A DNA stretch of 64,000 nt, taken from Oculina patagonica. Lineage: Eukaryota. The translations under genes were made by a program, and so were the position numbers. Below, piece after piece: positions 12,981 through 25,811 of the stretch (within the stretch, counting starts at the first letter, position 1; the number at the start of each line of letters is the position of its first letter). Location of the stretch: positions 1,736,001 through 1,800,000 of the forward strand of contig NW_027558036.1 in the NCBI RefSeq assembly GCF_052425735.1, written 5' to 3'. The notes below the pieces were generated by a model that was given only the letters and a program-made list of their open reading frames with translations, made no database searches and had not been told where the DNA came from.

Positions 12981-13470
12981 CCAACATGCAGACTTATCTC
13001 AAAACTTATTACTCTTTGAACTAATTAATGGTATCTCTTACTCTTTAGGATTTCGCGTAATGATTAGAAATATGGTTTTTTTTTTTTTTTGTCTCCCGGT
13101 TAGCTTCGTCATGCTTCTTTAAAACAACTCCGCTAAAAGTTAAAATTTACGCATAATTTACTTGCCATAGTTTGCATATCGTATTCTGTTTTCAAAACAG
13201 TAGTCCCTAGGCCCCGAGGGACTATGGCCGTATTTAGGAAATATTCTAGCGGCCTCTTAAAACTTTTATGTTTATGTGTTTGTATGCTAGTTCTAAAGTG
13301 CTATGTTAGCAGTGGTAGATTATTATTAAGGGTATCTGTAAAATATTTCCTATTTTTTAGTTTCATTACTTTAAATTTTTCATGGCATTTAATTATGTGC
13401 GCTATTACAGGAGACAATAGACTCAACCAAGCTATAGAAATTCGAGGATGTTGTAAGTGTTAATTTCAAA

Positions 13471-16400
13471 ATGCTCTCTTTAAATGTCCGAGGTATTCGC
13501 TCTCTAGAGAAAAGAAAAGCATTGTTTATTTGGCTTCAAAAGCAAAATGCAGATATTATCTTTCTCCAAGAGACGTATAGTACGAAAGACATAGAAAACG
13601 CATGGAAATGTCAATGGAAAGGACCCATTTTTTTCGCACACGGCTCCAATCGTAGTTGTGGGGTGTTAATACTTGTGAAAGAAAGTTTGGAATTTGATTT
13701 AAAAAGGAAAATAGCTGATGAAAGTGGACGATATATTTTGCTGAATGCCACGGTGCAAGGCTGTAATTATATTATGGGTAATATTTACGCGCCGAATAAG
13801 GTACGTGAACAGTGTTCTTTTTTCGAAAAACTACAGGAAAAATTAGACAGTTTAATTGTTGATGATGAAAATTACAAAATTATAATTGGGGGAGATTTTA
13901 ATGTTGTCAATGATCTGGACCTTGACTGCTGCGGAGGTACGCCTAAAGAGAAAGAATCGACTAAAATTCTTCATAGTATTTGTTCAAATTATGATTTAAT
14001 TGACATTTGGAGAACACGGAACCCAGATTGCAAGCTCTTTACCTGGAAGCAAAAAAAGCCACTCGTCCAAAGAAGACTGGACTTTTGGTTGATAAGCGAT
14101 ATTTGTCAAGATGAGGTGGAGGAAACTAACATTAAGACGGCAATTAGAACAGACCATTCGGCAATAACTATTTCTTTCAATAGCTTAGATGAACAGGCAC
14201 GAGGCCCTTCATACTGGAAATTTAATTCAAGTCTAGTTGACGACAACTACTATGTCCAAATGATTAATGAGAAAATACCTGAATGGCTAGAGGAGTTTAA
14301 TGAAGTGCTGGACAAAAGAGTACTGTGGGACTTAATTAAGTATCGCGTGCGACAATTTACAATTAAATATACAAAAGAAAAAGCAAGAAAAAGAAGGCAA
14401 GAACTATTACAGGTTGAAGCATCCTTAAAACAAGCGGAGGAGATGCTAGCAACTGATCCATCAGAAACAAATCATGAGAAGTTGGCAGACCTTAAAATGA
14501 AATACGACTCGCTTTTTGATTATTTAGCCAAAGGTGCAATAATCCGCTCAAGAGCAACTTGGTATGAAAAAGGCGAGAAAAGCAATAAATATTTTTTAGG
14601 ATTAGAATCCCATAGGGGAACCAAGAGCTGTATTAGAAGACTCTTTAGTAGCGACGGCAGACTTACCACAAACCCTACGAAAATTATGAAGGAAATTGAA
14701 AAGTTTTACTCTGATTTGTATGCATCAAATGATGAATCAGTGAATAGAAATCATCCATTCCTGCAAAGAGCAGAAATTCCAAAACTGTCCGATGAAATGA
14801 GAAGAATTTGTGAAGGAAGGTTGTCGCTCAAGGAGTGCTTCGATTGCCTTCAGTCATTCCAAAATAACAAGTCACCTGGAAACGATGGCCTCACGGTGGA
14901 ATTTTACAAAACATTTTGGAATTCTATTGGAAATTTAGTAGTCGATTGTCTTAATTCTTCTTACGAATGTGGTGAATTATCTAATACTCAAAAGCAAGCT
15001 ATTATCACATTAATAGAAAAGAAAGGTAAAGACAAACGAAATATAGGCAACTGGAGACCTATCTCCTTGATTAATGTCGACGCAAAAATCGGTTCAAAAG
15101 CCATTGCTCTAAGACTTCAAAAAGTTCTAGCTGAGATAATTCATTTTAACCAAAATGCCTACGTAAAAGGCAGAACTATACTAGACGCCGTGAGAACCAT
15201 AGATGACATCTTAGAGTACACAGAAAGGAAAAAGATTAATGGATTGTTAGTAGGAATAGACTTCCAAAAGGCGTTTGATTCGGTAAATCGGAATTTCATG
15301 GTTGAGGCACTTTCTGCCTTTAATTTTGGTCCTTCTCTTATTCATTGGGTACAAACATTTTATAAAAACATCTCAAGTACAGTTATGAACAATGGTTACA
15401 CAACCACTCCCTTTCAAGTTCTTAGAGGGGTAAGACAAGGTGATCCATTATCGCCATATTTATTTATCATTTGCTTGGAAATTTTAGCTATTAATGTACG
15501 CCTAAATGAAAACATCAAAGGCATTATAGTAGATAAAGAAGAGATAAAACTAGAGATTTTTGCAGACGACTTAACATCTTTCCTAAGAGACCGTACTTCA
15601 CTTAACGCTCTATTTGAAACCATCGACTGTTTTTCGTCATGTTCTGGCCTGAAGGTCAATTACGAAAAGACTGAAGCAATGTGGTTGGGGAATCACAACC
15701 CAAACCCGCCTACGCTAGCAAGCTGCTCTGATAGAAATATAACAGTCAAGAAGGTGGTTAAAATTTTAGGGATTCACTTTACCTATAATCAAATCCTTTG
15801 GAAAAAGTTAAACTTCGATGAGGTTTTAAAATCTATTAGCGAGAAGCTTCACTTTTGGAATTGGAGGAACTTAACGATTTTAGGGCGAATTCAAATTGTC
15901 AAAACTTTTGTGGTTCCAATCTTTATGTACAGAGCTGGCTTAGTATGCATGCATAAGGACATCATCAAAGAAACAAACAAGATTTTATTTAATTTTATTT
16001 GGAAAGGAAAGGATAAAGTAAAACGATCTTCTCTTGTAAGTGACGTCGAAAATGGAGGCCTGAGGGCACCGCACTTAGAATCAGCCATAAAGACACAGCG
16101 AATCATGTGTTGCAAGAAATTTGTTGATTCGCAACAAAGTAGTTGGAAAATATTGCTCTTACACTATTTAAAACCAGTTGGGGGTAAACTTGTTTTAGGA
16201 TGTGGATTTGATATAAAGAAACTTCCGATAAAATTGCCAAAATTTTATGAGGAATGTTTTCAAATTTTTTCTGAGCATTCTGTAGCGACTGCAGTAAACG
16301 TTCAATGCTTGAATAACATTTCTAGGGCGGATATAATCATATGGAACAATAAACATATTTGTGTCGATGATAAATCAATTTTCCGTCACACATTGTTTGA

Positions 16401-17250
16401 GAAAGGAATAATTACGCTTGAAAATCTTATAAATGACAACAATGATTTAATCATTAAGAATCCTCGTAGCTCAATTTTTACACCGGTAGAAGTGTTTTCT
16501 CTGATGCAAGTCATTGATGCGCTGCCAATACAATGGCGAAATTCCTTAACCGCCTGTGGGCACAAGTGCAATAAAGCATTTGTTCTAAATGATCACATTA
16601 AATTGCGTTTGAATAATCAAGAAGTGTTGATTAACAAGGCTGTTTCAAAAAACGTTTATCGTGAAGTTCGATCCAAGTATGAAACCCCTCCAACTGCGCA
16701 AATGAAATATTCGGAGCAGTATTCTAGTGCGTGCTTAGAATGGCGAGAAATTTACAGTCTATCCTCTAAGGTACTCATAGACACAAAGTCGAGAGAATTT
16801 CAGTATAAAATCTTAAACAGATACTTAACAACCAACTCATTTCTTCACAAAATTGGTTTGATTGCCTCACCATTATGTACTTTTTGTGGATTAGAGAGCG
16901 AGTCCCTCGAGCATTTACTTATCACATGTTCATTTACCAGTGATTTTTGGCTAGACTTCATTGACTGGTGCAGAAATACAAACATTGTTTTGGAGGAACT
17001 TTCTGATATAGATAAGCTCTTTGGAGTTTGGAAAAGAAAAGAAGATTTCTTACTACTTAATCATCTTTTAATTCTAGCTAAATATCACATTTATGAATGC
17101 CGGAAGAACAACAACCGTCCATCTCTTCGAGTATTCATTAAAATTGTTAACTATACATACCAACTGGAATTATATGCAATGAAATCACAAAATCAGGAAG
17201 ACAGCCAAAATGTTAATCTTAAATGGAAAAAATATACCGAGAGTTTATAG
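13471..17250 (+). CDS. L1/Tx1 ORF2: APE endonuclease + reverse transcriptase + C-terminal CCHC (1259 aa, uninterrupted)
   Basis: EN: SLNVRG, FLQET, GGDFN, RLDFW, TDHSAI, YWKFNSSL. RT: KSPGNDG, WRPISLIN, DFQKAFD, GVRQGDPLSP, FADD. Zinc knuckle CTFC-x8-HLLITC. Confidence 0.98.
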   Translation: MLSLNVRGIRSLEKRKALFIWLQKQNADIIFLQETYSTKDIENAWKCQWKGPIFFAHGSNRSCGVLILVKESLEFDLKRKIADESGRYILLNATVQGCNYIMGNIYAPNKVREQCSFFEKLQEKLDSLIVDDENYKIIIGGDFNVVNDLDLDCCGGTPKEKESTKILHSICSNYDLIDIWRTRNPDCKLFTWKQKKPLVQRRLDFWLISDICQDEVEETNIKTAIRTDHSAITISFNSLDEQARGPSYWKFNSSLVDDNYYVQMINEKIPEWLEEFNEVLDKRVLWDLIKYRVRQFTIKYTKEKARKRRQELLQVEASLKQAEEMLATDPSETNHEKLADLKMKYDSLFDYLAKGAIIRSRATWYEKGEKSNKYFLGLESHRGTKSCIRRLFSSDGRLTTNPTKIMKEIEKFYSDLYASNDESVNRNHPFLQRAEIPKLSDEMRRICEGRLSLKECFDCLQSFQNNKSPGNDGLTVEFYKTFWNSIGNLVVDCLNSSYECGELSNTQKQAIITLIEKKGKDKRNIGNWRPISLINVDAKIGSKAIALRLQKVLAEIIHFNQNAYVKGRTILDAVRTIDDILEYTERKKINGLLVGIDFQKAFDSVNRNFMVEALSAFNFGPSLIHWVQTFYKNISSTVMNNGYTTTPFQVLRGVRQGDPLSPYLFIICLEILAINVRLNENIKGIIVDKEEIKLEIFADDLTSFLRDRTSLNALFETIDCFSSCSGLKVNYEKTEAMWLGNHNPNPPTLASCSDRNITVKKVVKILGIHFTYNQILWKKLNFDEVLKSISEKLHFWNWRNLTILGRIQIVKTFVVPIFMYRAGLVCMHKDIIKETNKILFNFIWKGKDKVKRSSLVSDVENGGLRAPHLESAIKTQRIMCCKKFVDSQQSSWKILLLHYLKPVGGKLVLGCGFDIKKLPIKLPKFYEECFQIFSEHSVATAVNVQCLNNISRADIIIWNNKHICVDDKSIFRHTLFEKGIITLENLINDNNDLIIKNPRSSIFTPVEVFSLMQVIDALPIQWRNSLTACGHKCNKAFVLNDHIKLRLNNQEVLINKAVSKNVYREVRSKYETPPTAQMKYSEQYSSACLEWREIYSLSSKVLIDTKSREFQYKILNRYLTTNSFLHKIGLIASPLCTFCGLESESLEHLLITCSFTSDFWLDFIDWCRNTNIVLEELSDIDKLFGVWKRKEDFLLLNHLLILAKYHIYECRKNNNRPSLRVFIKIVNYTYQLELYAMKSQNQEDSQNVNLKWKKYTESL

Positions 17251-18873
17251 ATTTCTTAGTGGGTAACTCCTTTGTAGCCAAATAGTATTCTTTAATTTAG
17301 TATATAAATTAAGCCATATAAATTGTAAGTAATGGTTATTGTAAGTTATGTAATCCTGTGTTAATTGTATTATTATCAGCAGCACAAAACGAAATCGTAT
17401 AGAAGTGGAAGTGATTGTAGATGTAATTGTAGTCGTGTTGTAAATGATGTAAGTAGCGATTTTAGTATTGTAATTTAAGTAAGGTGACTGTATTGTAGTG
17501 CATAGTGCAAGTAGCTGTGTTGTATAACATTTGTATTATAAGTAGTGTGTTGTAATGAACTGTATTTAGCCTCAGTGTTGTAAGTAGGGTTGGCAAATTC
17601 ATTAAAAAAATAAAAAAAAAAAAAAAATAAAAAAAAAAAAAATTAAGACCCTTAGCTGACAATTTGAATTCATAATTATTTAAAACAAAACATAAACTGT
17701 TAACATCCACAAAATTAAGACTAAAGAGCAGCTGCTAGACGTTTAACTTTCTCGGTGTAGAATATTTCGTCTTACCGTTGGAAGATACGACCCAACACTA
17801 CAAGAAAAAGGTTGCCACCTTTCAGGTAATTTAAACTAGAGTTTTCTTTCAATTTTCATTTAAAATAAGATTTTAATTTCAGTTAATATACGAAAACAGA
17901 AACAACTTTAAAACAAATAATGTTAGACTGGTTAAACAGCTAGCTATAGCACCTGATGAACACTGGTGTTTGTGCTTTCGAAATAATGGGCTTGGATTAA
18001 ATGAATGGCAGAAACCATGTTAGCCTTCCACGAGCTTCATTGCTGATCCAGATCTAAACAAGGACATCAGTCCTGTTACAATTTGCTGTTGTTTTTGTGT
18101 CTGCCCTTGCCCGCCTAATAATTATATATAACGGCTTAAACATTCCCCAAACATGAAACATTTTACGCTTTTTGAACCTTTCATTATATTTCGCGCCTCT
18201 TGCCCGCGCACAGTACCAGTGCAATAATTTTATCCACACTCAAAGAAGTTAAACTCTGACTAAAAGTGCAGATAAACATTCAATTGAGAATAGATGTTTC
18301 GTCAGCTTCACGCAGATGTCTTTAAGTAAAAACGAAATTGCTGATCATGACTTACCACAATATAACACAAAGGAAGAACCAGTATTCTCGTTTTTTACCG
18401 AAGAACTAAACTTTTGTTTCTAGCTGTAAGATTGAAGGTGGCAAAGAAAAAAATGCTTAAGACTGTTATACAAGCGGTGCGTTTTGTAATGAATGTCTGC
18501 ATTCTTTCGATTCTTAAAAGCGTTTAGCATTATCTAGGTAATTGTTAAAGTTCAAAGTGTTTTTCTTAAAGTAGTCTACTATATAATTGTGAAGTTCTTA
18601 CTTTTGGAAATTAAGACATTTAGGTAGCGAAATTTATTTCCTTTCGTGTATAAAAGTGAAATAAAAGGACGGACTAGAAACAGGTCTAGGAGATTAAATT
18701 AAAACGTACGTGCTTTTCAAAGCTTTAAATTTGAATAATTAGACGAATAACGTTACTCTGTAAAAACGTTTTAACCATTTTTAAAAAATGGTACGGTAAC
18801 CAGGTGGTTGATTCAGGATTGAAAATGAAAACGTTACTCTAGTTTAAAAATGTTGAAAATGATCAACGTTTGT

Positions 18874-18912
18874 CCCAACGTTTTGGCTAAAACTTCAGCC
18901 TTAATCAGGGGG
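18874..18912 (-). ncRNA. Degenerate minimal hammerhead ribozyme motif, copy 3
   Basis: Minus strand CTGATtA-A-GGCTGA-agtt-TTAGCC-aAAAC-GTT-ggg; two core mutations. Confidence 0.55.
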
Positions 18913-21900
18913 AAAGTGATAAGCAATTTGTAAAAAGCACGCTTTTATACTATGCAAATCGGAGCTAATTCGTTCTGTCCCTCAAGGCTTAATTTAAAAA
19001 CTCGTGCGGCAGATGCATGCCACTTTTACGACATTTTAAGAATATTTTCAACGTTTCTAAACAAGAGTAACGTTTTTATTTTCAATCATTTTCATCAGAT
19101 TTGATATATATTTTTTAATTTTCGTTTTGAGCGAGAACAGGTATCGTAAATAGTGGCTTGTTTACCTGTGAAATATTTTGACGACCTTTCGGCGAACTTA
19201 ACGTTTCTCTTACCCTAATTTTACGTTGTTTTATTGTTTTGAAACCCTAATATTGCTTAAAATGGTAATTCGCGTTTTCTGGCCGAGGAAAATGCGCAAA
19301 AGTAGGAATAAATACTAAGCTCTCAATTCGTCCCTTTTTTCAGTACGTTTACTGTATATGGGTCAAGGATGTTATTTCTCGTTTGTCTTCTTATTCTCGA
19401 GATAAAACGGTGAAGCCATAGATATTTATATTTTTCCTCGAAGCAACTCCTGGTGCGTCTTCTTTGCCGATTCTACCCAAACAATGCGCTTGAATGGACC
19501 ATGACAGTGTTTTTTTTTGTTGAAGCAAGTACTTTCACTGAGTCGTGTTCTTTAAAATTGTGTAAAGTTTGACGCACTTTTGGAGAGTTCCATTTTCTGG
19601 GCATAAATTATGGCGTTAAAAATGTATACACATAACAAAGTAACATTTATGAAATTTTAATCCAGTAAGGTATATTAAACTGAATATTAATAACGAGCGC
19701 TAGCGTGCGTTTCGTCGTAAGATATAATTCAGGAAACAGTTATGAATTTTTAAGAGCACTATATTGAATGAATTTTACGCCATATGTTATGAAAGACAAG
19801 AAAAAAAAAACAAAGAAAAACAGCCCAAAAGTAATTATTTTAAACTCTCTCGTGCAATATTTCAAAGCTCAACTAGAGGGATCAACGTTGATGATATACC
19901 CTTTATGAATAGTTAACGCAGTAAGGTACACACCAATCAATATTTTATAACGAGCGTGCTTTTCGCCGAAAGAAATAATTGAGAAAAAGTTACGAATTTG
20001 TAAAAGCATTATATTGATCGTTTTCACTGTCACGCAAATACAAATCGAAAAACCAATCAGTGAATGAAGTCGAGAAAACGGCATATTATAGGAGATTAAT
20101 AAAGAAGTCATTTCTCCAAATATTAGGTCCGTGCGTTATCCCACACTTCAGTTAATCGTCGAAATGTTTTGCACAAATTTACAGAGCCCAGTATGGAGCT
20201 GCCATATCCGAAAATAGCGTAAACATCTGGAACTTACATTGACTTATTTAGGCCACTGATTTTCTGTACTGGAAAAACAAACATTTAAATGATCAAGCTC
20301 TCAAATGGCTAAAAATCACAAGACAAACATGTATTTCATGACAAACATGATCGTAACCTTATGACGCACACCGCCATAATTCTGAAACGATAATTCCAAA
20401 CGGAGGCCGATGTTGAGCTAAAAAGTTTCAAACAGACATAATTTTAATACCTCTTAATACCTCTTATGGCCGAAAATTTTCGGTTTTCGCCTCGGAAATT
20501 TTCCGTAGTCTTCGGACATCTTTTGTAATCTCCGGACATCTTCCGTAGTCTTCGTAAATCTTCGGTAGTCTTCTGGAATCTTTGGTAGTCTTCCCGAATC
20601 TTCCGAAATGATCGGGAATCGTCGGAAAATGGCCGAGAACTTCTTGATATACTAAACAAAATAATATTGGCCTTTTTGGAGCCGTTTTTGTTTTATTTCT
20701 GGATAAAATTCACTGTTACAGTGAATTTTTTATTGTCAGTCTTAAAATACCTTAAATTTAACTGTGCCATGTGTTACGGAGCCAAAAAGGTAAGTGTTAA
20801 GTGTTATAGAGGTACCCCCATTCAGACCCTCACGAACGTCCAAGGCATTAGCTGACAATTTGAATTGATTTCATAATTATGTGAAACAAAACATAAACTG
20901 TTAACATCCACAAAATTTAGAATGAAGAGCAGCTGCTAGACGACCTGCCCGGAGATCGACCACGGAAGAAGGCCACCGAGAAGGTGCCACCTCAGGAAAC
21001 AAGAAAAACAAACATGAATGTGGGAGCAAAGGTGTGTTAAGTGTTATCGAGGTACGGCCCCATTCAGACCCTCATGAACGTCGAAGGCATTAGCTGACAA
21101 TTTGAATTCATAATTATGTAAAACAAAACATAAACTGTTAACATCCACAAAATTTAGAATGAAGAGCAGCTGCTAGGCGTTACACTTTCTCGGTGTAGAA
21201 TATTTCGTCTTTCCACTGGAAGATACGGCCCAACACTACAAGAAAAAGGTTGCCACCTTTCAGGTAATTTAAACTATAGTTTTCTTTAAATTGTCATTTA
21301 AAATAAGATTGTAATTTCAGTTTATATACGAAAACAGAAACAACGTTAAAACAAATGCAAGACTGGTTAAACAGCTAGCACCTGATGGACACTGGTGTTT
21401 GCAGTGCTTTCGAAAATTAATGGGCTGGAATTAAATAAATGGCAAAAAACATAGCTTTCCATGCGCTTTATCGCTTATTCTGTTCTATACAAGGGCGATC
21501 TGGTTATAATATGCTGCTGTTTTAGTAACTGGCCCTTGCCAGCCTTTTTTTGTTTTAAATTTCCCCAGACATGGGACATTTTACGCTTTTTGAACCTTTC
21601 ATTATATTTCGCGCCTTTTGCCCGCGCACAGTACCGGTGCAGCAATTTTATCCACACTCAAAGAAGTTTAAAAACTCTGACTTAAAGTGCAGATAAACAT
21701 TCAGTTGAGAATAGATGTTTCGTCAGCTCCATGCAGATGTCTTTAATTCAAAAAGAAATTGCTGACGATGACTTACCACAATATAACACAAAGGAAGAAC
21801 CAGTCCTCTCGTTTTTACCGAAGTACTAAACTTTTGTTTCTGTGAGATTGAAGGTGGCAAATCATGAGTCAGAAAAAAAATGCTTAAGACCGTTAGACAA

Positions 21901-22272
21901 GCGGTGAGTTTTGCAATGAATGTCGATTTTTAGCATTATCTTTGTAACCGTTAAAGTTCAAGCTGTTCTTCTTAAAGTAATCTATTATATAATTGTGAAG
22001 TTCTTACTTTTGGAAAATAAAAGTTTAGGTGGCGAAATTTATTTCCTTTCGTGTATAAAAGTGGAATAAAAGGAAAGACTAGAAACAGGTCTAGGAGATT
22101 AAAATTAAAACGTGCGTGCTTTTCAAAGCTTTATATTTAAATAAATAGATCATGAATAACGTCACTCTGACAAACATTTCCACCTTTTTTAAAATGGTCC
22201 TCAATGATTGTGAAACAAAAACGTTACTCTTGTTTAAAAATGTTAAAAATGCTCATAAAATTTCGTAAAAGT

Positions 22273-22311
22273 CCCAACGTTTCGGCTAAAACTTCAGCTT
22301 TCATGAGGGGG
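22273..22311 (-). ncRNA. Degenerate minimal hammerhead ribozyme motif, copy 4
   Basis: Minus strand CTcATGA-A-aGCTGA-agtt-TTAGCC-GAAAC-GTT-ggg; GAAAC intact, G5 mutated. Confidence 0.55.
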
Positions 22312-23264
22312 AAAGTGACAAGGAATTTGTAAAAAGCACGTTTTTATACTATGCAAATCGGAGCTAATTATGTTCTGTCCCTCAAGGCTAAATTTAAAAA
22401 CTCGTGCGGCAAATGCATGCCACTTTAACGACATTTTAAGAACATTTTCAACATTATTAAACCAGAGTAACGTTTTTATTTTCAATCATTTCCACCTTTG
22501 ATATATATTTTCTTATGTTTGCGAAATAAAATTTCAAACAATATCCTTAGCCTGGTATAATGTTACATAAACATTGCCCCTATCACTGTTTTAAACTGAA
22601 ACCGAACACAACTCGGCAATAACTAACTTCATCAATGTATGATTTGTCAATCCCTTATGGAAATGTGACAGTCCAACCAACAGAAATGTTAATGGTCTCA
22701 GAGAATTAGAAAAGCAGGAACACAAAGGATGGATTACATGTCATCGCTGAACATTTTTTTTCCCGAAAGTTTAACCGTCCGAACATTTATTCATTCAAAT
22801 CACTAATAAAACGCATATCGTGCACGCACTCTACGGTAAATCGTACAGCTGGTACAGATAAAGAGAAAGTCTTTTTATCTGCTGTCCCTGTCACGGGGGG
22901 GTTGGGGGGGGGGGGGGTGGGGGTGTGGGGGCAACTTCCCATACTACTCCTATATGAAATCTGAGCGATGCTCTCACAACTTGCAAAGCAATCATCGGGG
23001 CGGTAATCAGCGGATGTCTCTAAGGCGCATGAGCAGATCCTTTCTTTGTGAACTTGCCAAAACAATAACAACATGGGACCAGTAGGAGAGTTCGATATTT
23101 TTTTTTATTGTAGTAAAAAAAAGGTTTTCTAAGTTTTGTCTTTAAATCAGCGAAAATTTCTCCGGAAAGGTTCTTGGTGTCAATGTGTGGTGTTTGTTAT
23201 GAAATAAAACCATCACGGAAAGTGATGAAAACGTGGCGATAGAATATTCCCGCGCCGGTCGGAG

Positions 23265-24812
23265 CATGAGCTATAGGATAAGTCGAGTTTTTCTAAGTTA
23301 AAAGCTAATATTTTACCACTAAAGTCTTTTTTTTTATCACTCTGTTTACTTCTTTCGTTGTTCGATCACAATACATGGGTAACCAGGCTTTTATTCAACC
23401 GAGAAGACCTGGATGCTAAACTAGTTTGCATTTGGAGTGCCCCTGGCCACTCCCCGAAAAAAAAGCACCATTTCATGCCTTTGGGGGTAGGTATTCCTAC
23501 ATGTGGACCACTAAGCTAATTTGCATTTGGGGCTATGTGTATAATACCATGGGTAGGAAGATAATCCCTTCTTTCGTGTGAAGCTCGTAAGATCCAAAGG
23601 TGTCCATTTTCCTTATAAGGAATGTAAAGGTGGCCCACCTGGGGGTTATACAAAGGAAACCATTCATTCACACAGGGAGTGGGATGAGGTGAACGTGGGT
23701 TTACCCGAAGTCGTTGGAGTCTTGCTTAATTAAATGGTTGAATTTTGCGACTATGAATTGGAGATAAGAACTATTAACATCACATTTGAAGTAAATTGAA
23801 ATAATACGGGCTCGCCCGCGGCCCGCTCTTACTACTTTTCTTTATTTTACTGTCATAATCTGACGTTCTAATGTCGAGAGAAGTAGTGAGTGGAGAAAAT
23901 AAAGTTTTATCGGCTACATTCCAGAAACAGTAGTGGACTCTCCGACGATAATAAATTGCCCGCCGCATGTAAATAATTGTATTATATATACGAGTCGAAA
24001 ACATTAAACAAAGAAGCGCTCTTACAAGCTTAAATTCGTCAAAAAACCTGCATAAAAACTAACATACCCTATGCGGAAATTTTTCTTATTTATTTTATTT
24101 CAAAAACTCAGTCATAAAAGCCGATTTTTCGAAGCTTAAATATTCACAACAACAATCAGTGAATAGATTTGAATATTCATATTTATAAGTTGTGACCACA
24201 CAAACACACGCATGGAGTTCAACGCCTGTGTTTTCCCGTTCATGCTGCACCGGTAAAAAGTCACTCGTTGGTTTTTTAGGCAATTTAAGACAACCCCAGC
24301 TTACTCCATAGCGAAAGCCTTCAAAAATAACGACAACGACCACAAAACTATCCGAAATTTACATTTTTTTCCACCGTTGAGTTGCGAACACCTCCAAAAT
24401 AAACCAAAATTCATTTCCGGTTGCCAAACCTTTTTTCGTCCATGTGGGGAAAGCCTCAAGTTTGTCGCCTTTTTCATTCCTCACTAGGGGATTGAGAGTG
24501 CTCGTTGATCTTACGAGCTCAACACGAAATTGAAAAACAATACCCATTGTTTGTTCGGTTTAGTGATTGGCCAAAAACCAAAATCTCCTAGCAACAGTAA
24601 AAGTTTTTCCTACCCAGTGTTTTTATTATTCGCCGTAACACCAAATGCCAATTAGTTTAGCATCCAGGTCTTCTCGGTTGAATAAAAGCTTGGTTAACCA
24701 TGTGTTGCGATCGAACAACCAAAGTAGTAAACAGAGTAGTAAAGAAAAGACTTTAGCGGTAAGATATTGGCTTTTAATTAAGAAAAAATCTCGACTTATC
24801 CTATAGCTCATG
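23265..24812. mobile_element. Non-autonomous TIR DNA transposon, P-superfamily-like (CATG termini, 7-bp TSD)
   Basis: ~165-bp TIRs CATGAGCTATAGGATAAGTCGAG / CTCGACTTATCCTATAGCTCATG; TSD GTCGGAG at 23258-23264 and 24813-24819; no transposase ORF. Superfamily is inferred from termini and TSD length. Confidence 0.85.
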
Positions 24813-25811
24813 GTCGGAGCTATTGTTCTTGCTGTATTGTTTCGAGGTTGTTTGTTGACTTGGTCGTTCTTTGTTTTACCTCATTTACAATCCCCATGTG
24901 GGCCAGTTGAAAATCGTGGTGCAATCATTTGCATTTCAGCACTAAAAAGTAGCACGGCATCACAAAATTCTGCGTTCTTATAACTACACGACGATGACGA
25001 AATTTTCGGATAAACACACTGCTTTTAGATTTTTAGTTGAGAGAATAGAATCCCTTTATAATAAGTAATTTCACGGCATGGTAGTCGTGATTGCCATAGC
25101 TTCCATTTCGCGGGAAAAGATTGCCTGTTGCATCATCGTCCAAAAACCGCTGAGTACATCGTGAATTGATCGCGTTGCAAGTTGTGAGAGCATCGATACT
25201 CGGTCCCAGTCCTCGTTTCTATCCCCCCTGCCCTGTCATTTTTCCTTGTTTGTCTACGAGTTCAAAACCAGGTTACTCACTGCATCCATTAACTGGTGGT
25301 AACTGCATTCAGAGAAGAATCATGATGAAGGAAGTCCTTGTAGGGGAGGAAATAGGCGCAAGCCGGAAAATAATTTACAGTTCGAAGACATTTATTGTTT
25401 ATAGTGACAGCCAGAATTTATGCTAGTTGTTCCCAAACATTATTGGTCTAGCAAAATGTGGGTTTAGTAAATATCAGTATCTATTGACAAAGAGACTTCG
25501 ACTACAGATGTCTTAAAAAATATATTTTCCTCAAAAATACGGACTTTTTTCTACTTTCTTTTCGGCACAAAATGTAAAAACCAAAAAATTCTCAAACAAG
25601 TTGCTTCCAATAATTGTAAAAGAAAAACAATGCATTTTATTTAATGATTACAGGTCAACATGAAATTTTCGCGCCTTTTAATTTTTAAAACAGCGAAAAA
25701 TGTAGCGAATAATTCGAGAGGTCGCTTATTTATTTGAACAAATTAAAATATATATATTCAAATTCACGACACATGTGGAAAAATGACAAAAAGCGCGAAA
25801 TTATGTGTCGG

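Larger units (their letters stand above)
11977..17641 (+). mobile_element. Full-length L1-superfamily (Tx1-like) non-LTR retrotransposon
   Basis: TSD ATTAAGACCCTTAGC at 11962-11976 and 17642-17656; 143-nt 5' UTR, ORF1, 490-nt spacer, ORF2, GT-rich 3' UTR, ATTAAA and ~40-nt A tail; empty site ATTCAGACCCTTAGCTGAC at ~4663. Confidence 0.97.
1..22707. repeat. Higher-order tandem array: 9764-bp period, each period two diverged subunits (A ~451-6150, B ~6151-10214, A' ~10215-19135 incl. L1, B' ~19136-22707)
   Basis: Window start ATGTGCCAGCACAGCCAAAAG recurs at 9765 and, diverged, at 22663 (similarity stops ~22707). AGGTATCGTAAATAGTGGCTTGTTTACC recurs at ~451, ~6153, ~10215, ~19139. Period 2 lacks ~682-3140 and contains the L1. 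Subunit borders approximate. Confidence 0.9.

Noticed and set aside
20943-21035. ~90-bp apparently foreign, T-poor insert in subunit B'
   Set aside because: It reads as a base-dropped version of the local sub-repeat (GGAGATCGACCA, AAGGTGCCACCTCAGG, GGAGCAAAGGT); most likely a low-quality long-read consensus patch.
22895-22931. Poly-G tracts as functional G-quadruplexes (also ~33722)
   Set aside because: Simple G runs with no supporting context.
24810-24983. Hydrophobic ORF MVGAIVLAVLF as the LRR gene signal peptide
   Set aside because: Its ATG is the terminal CATG of a transposon; the 30648 exon fits phase and position better.
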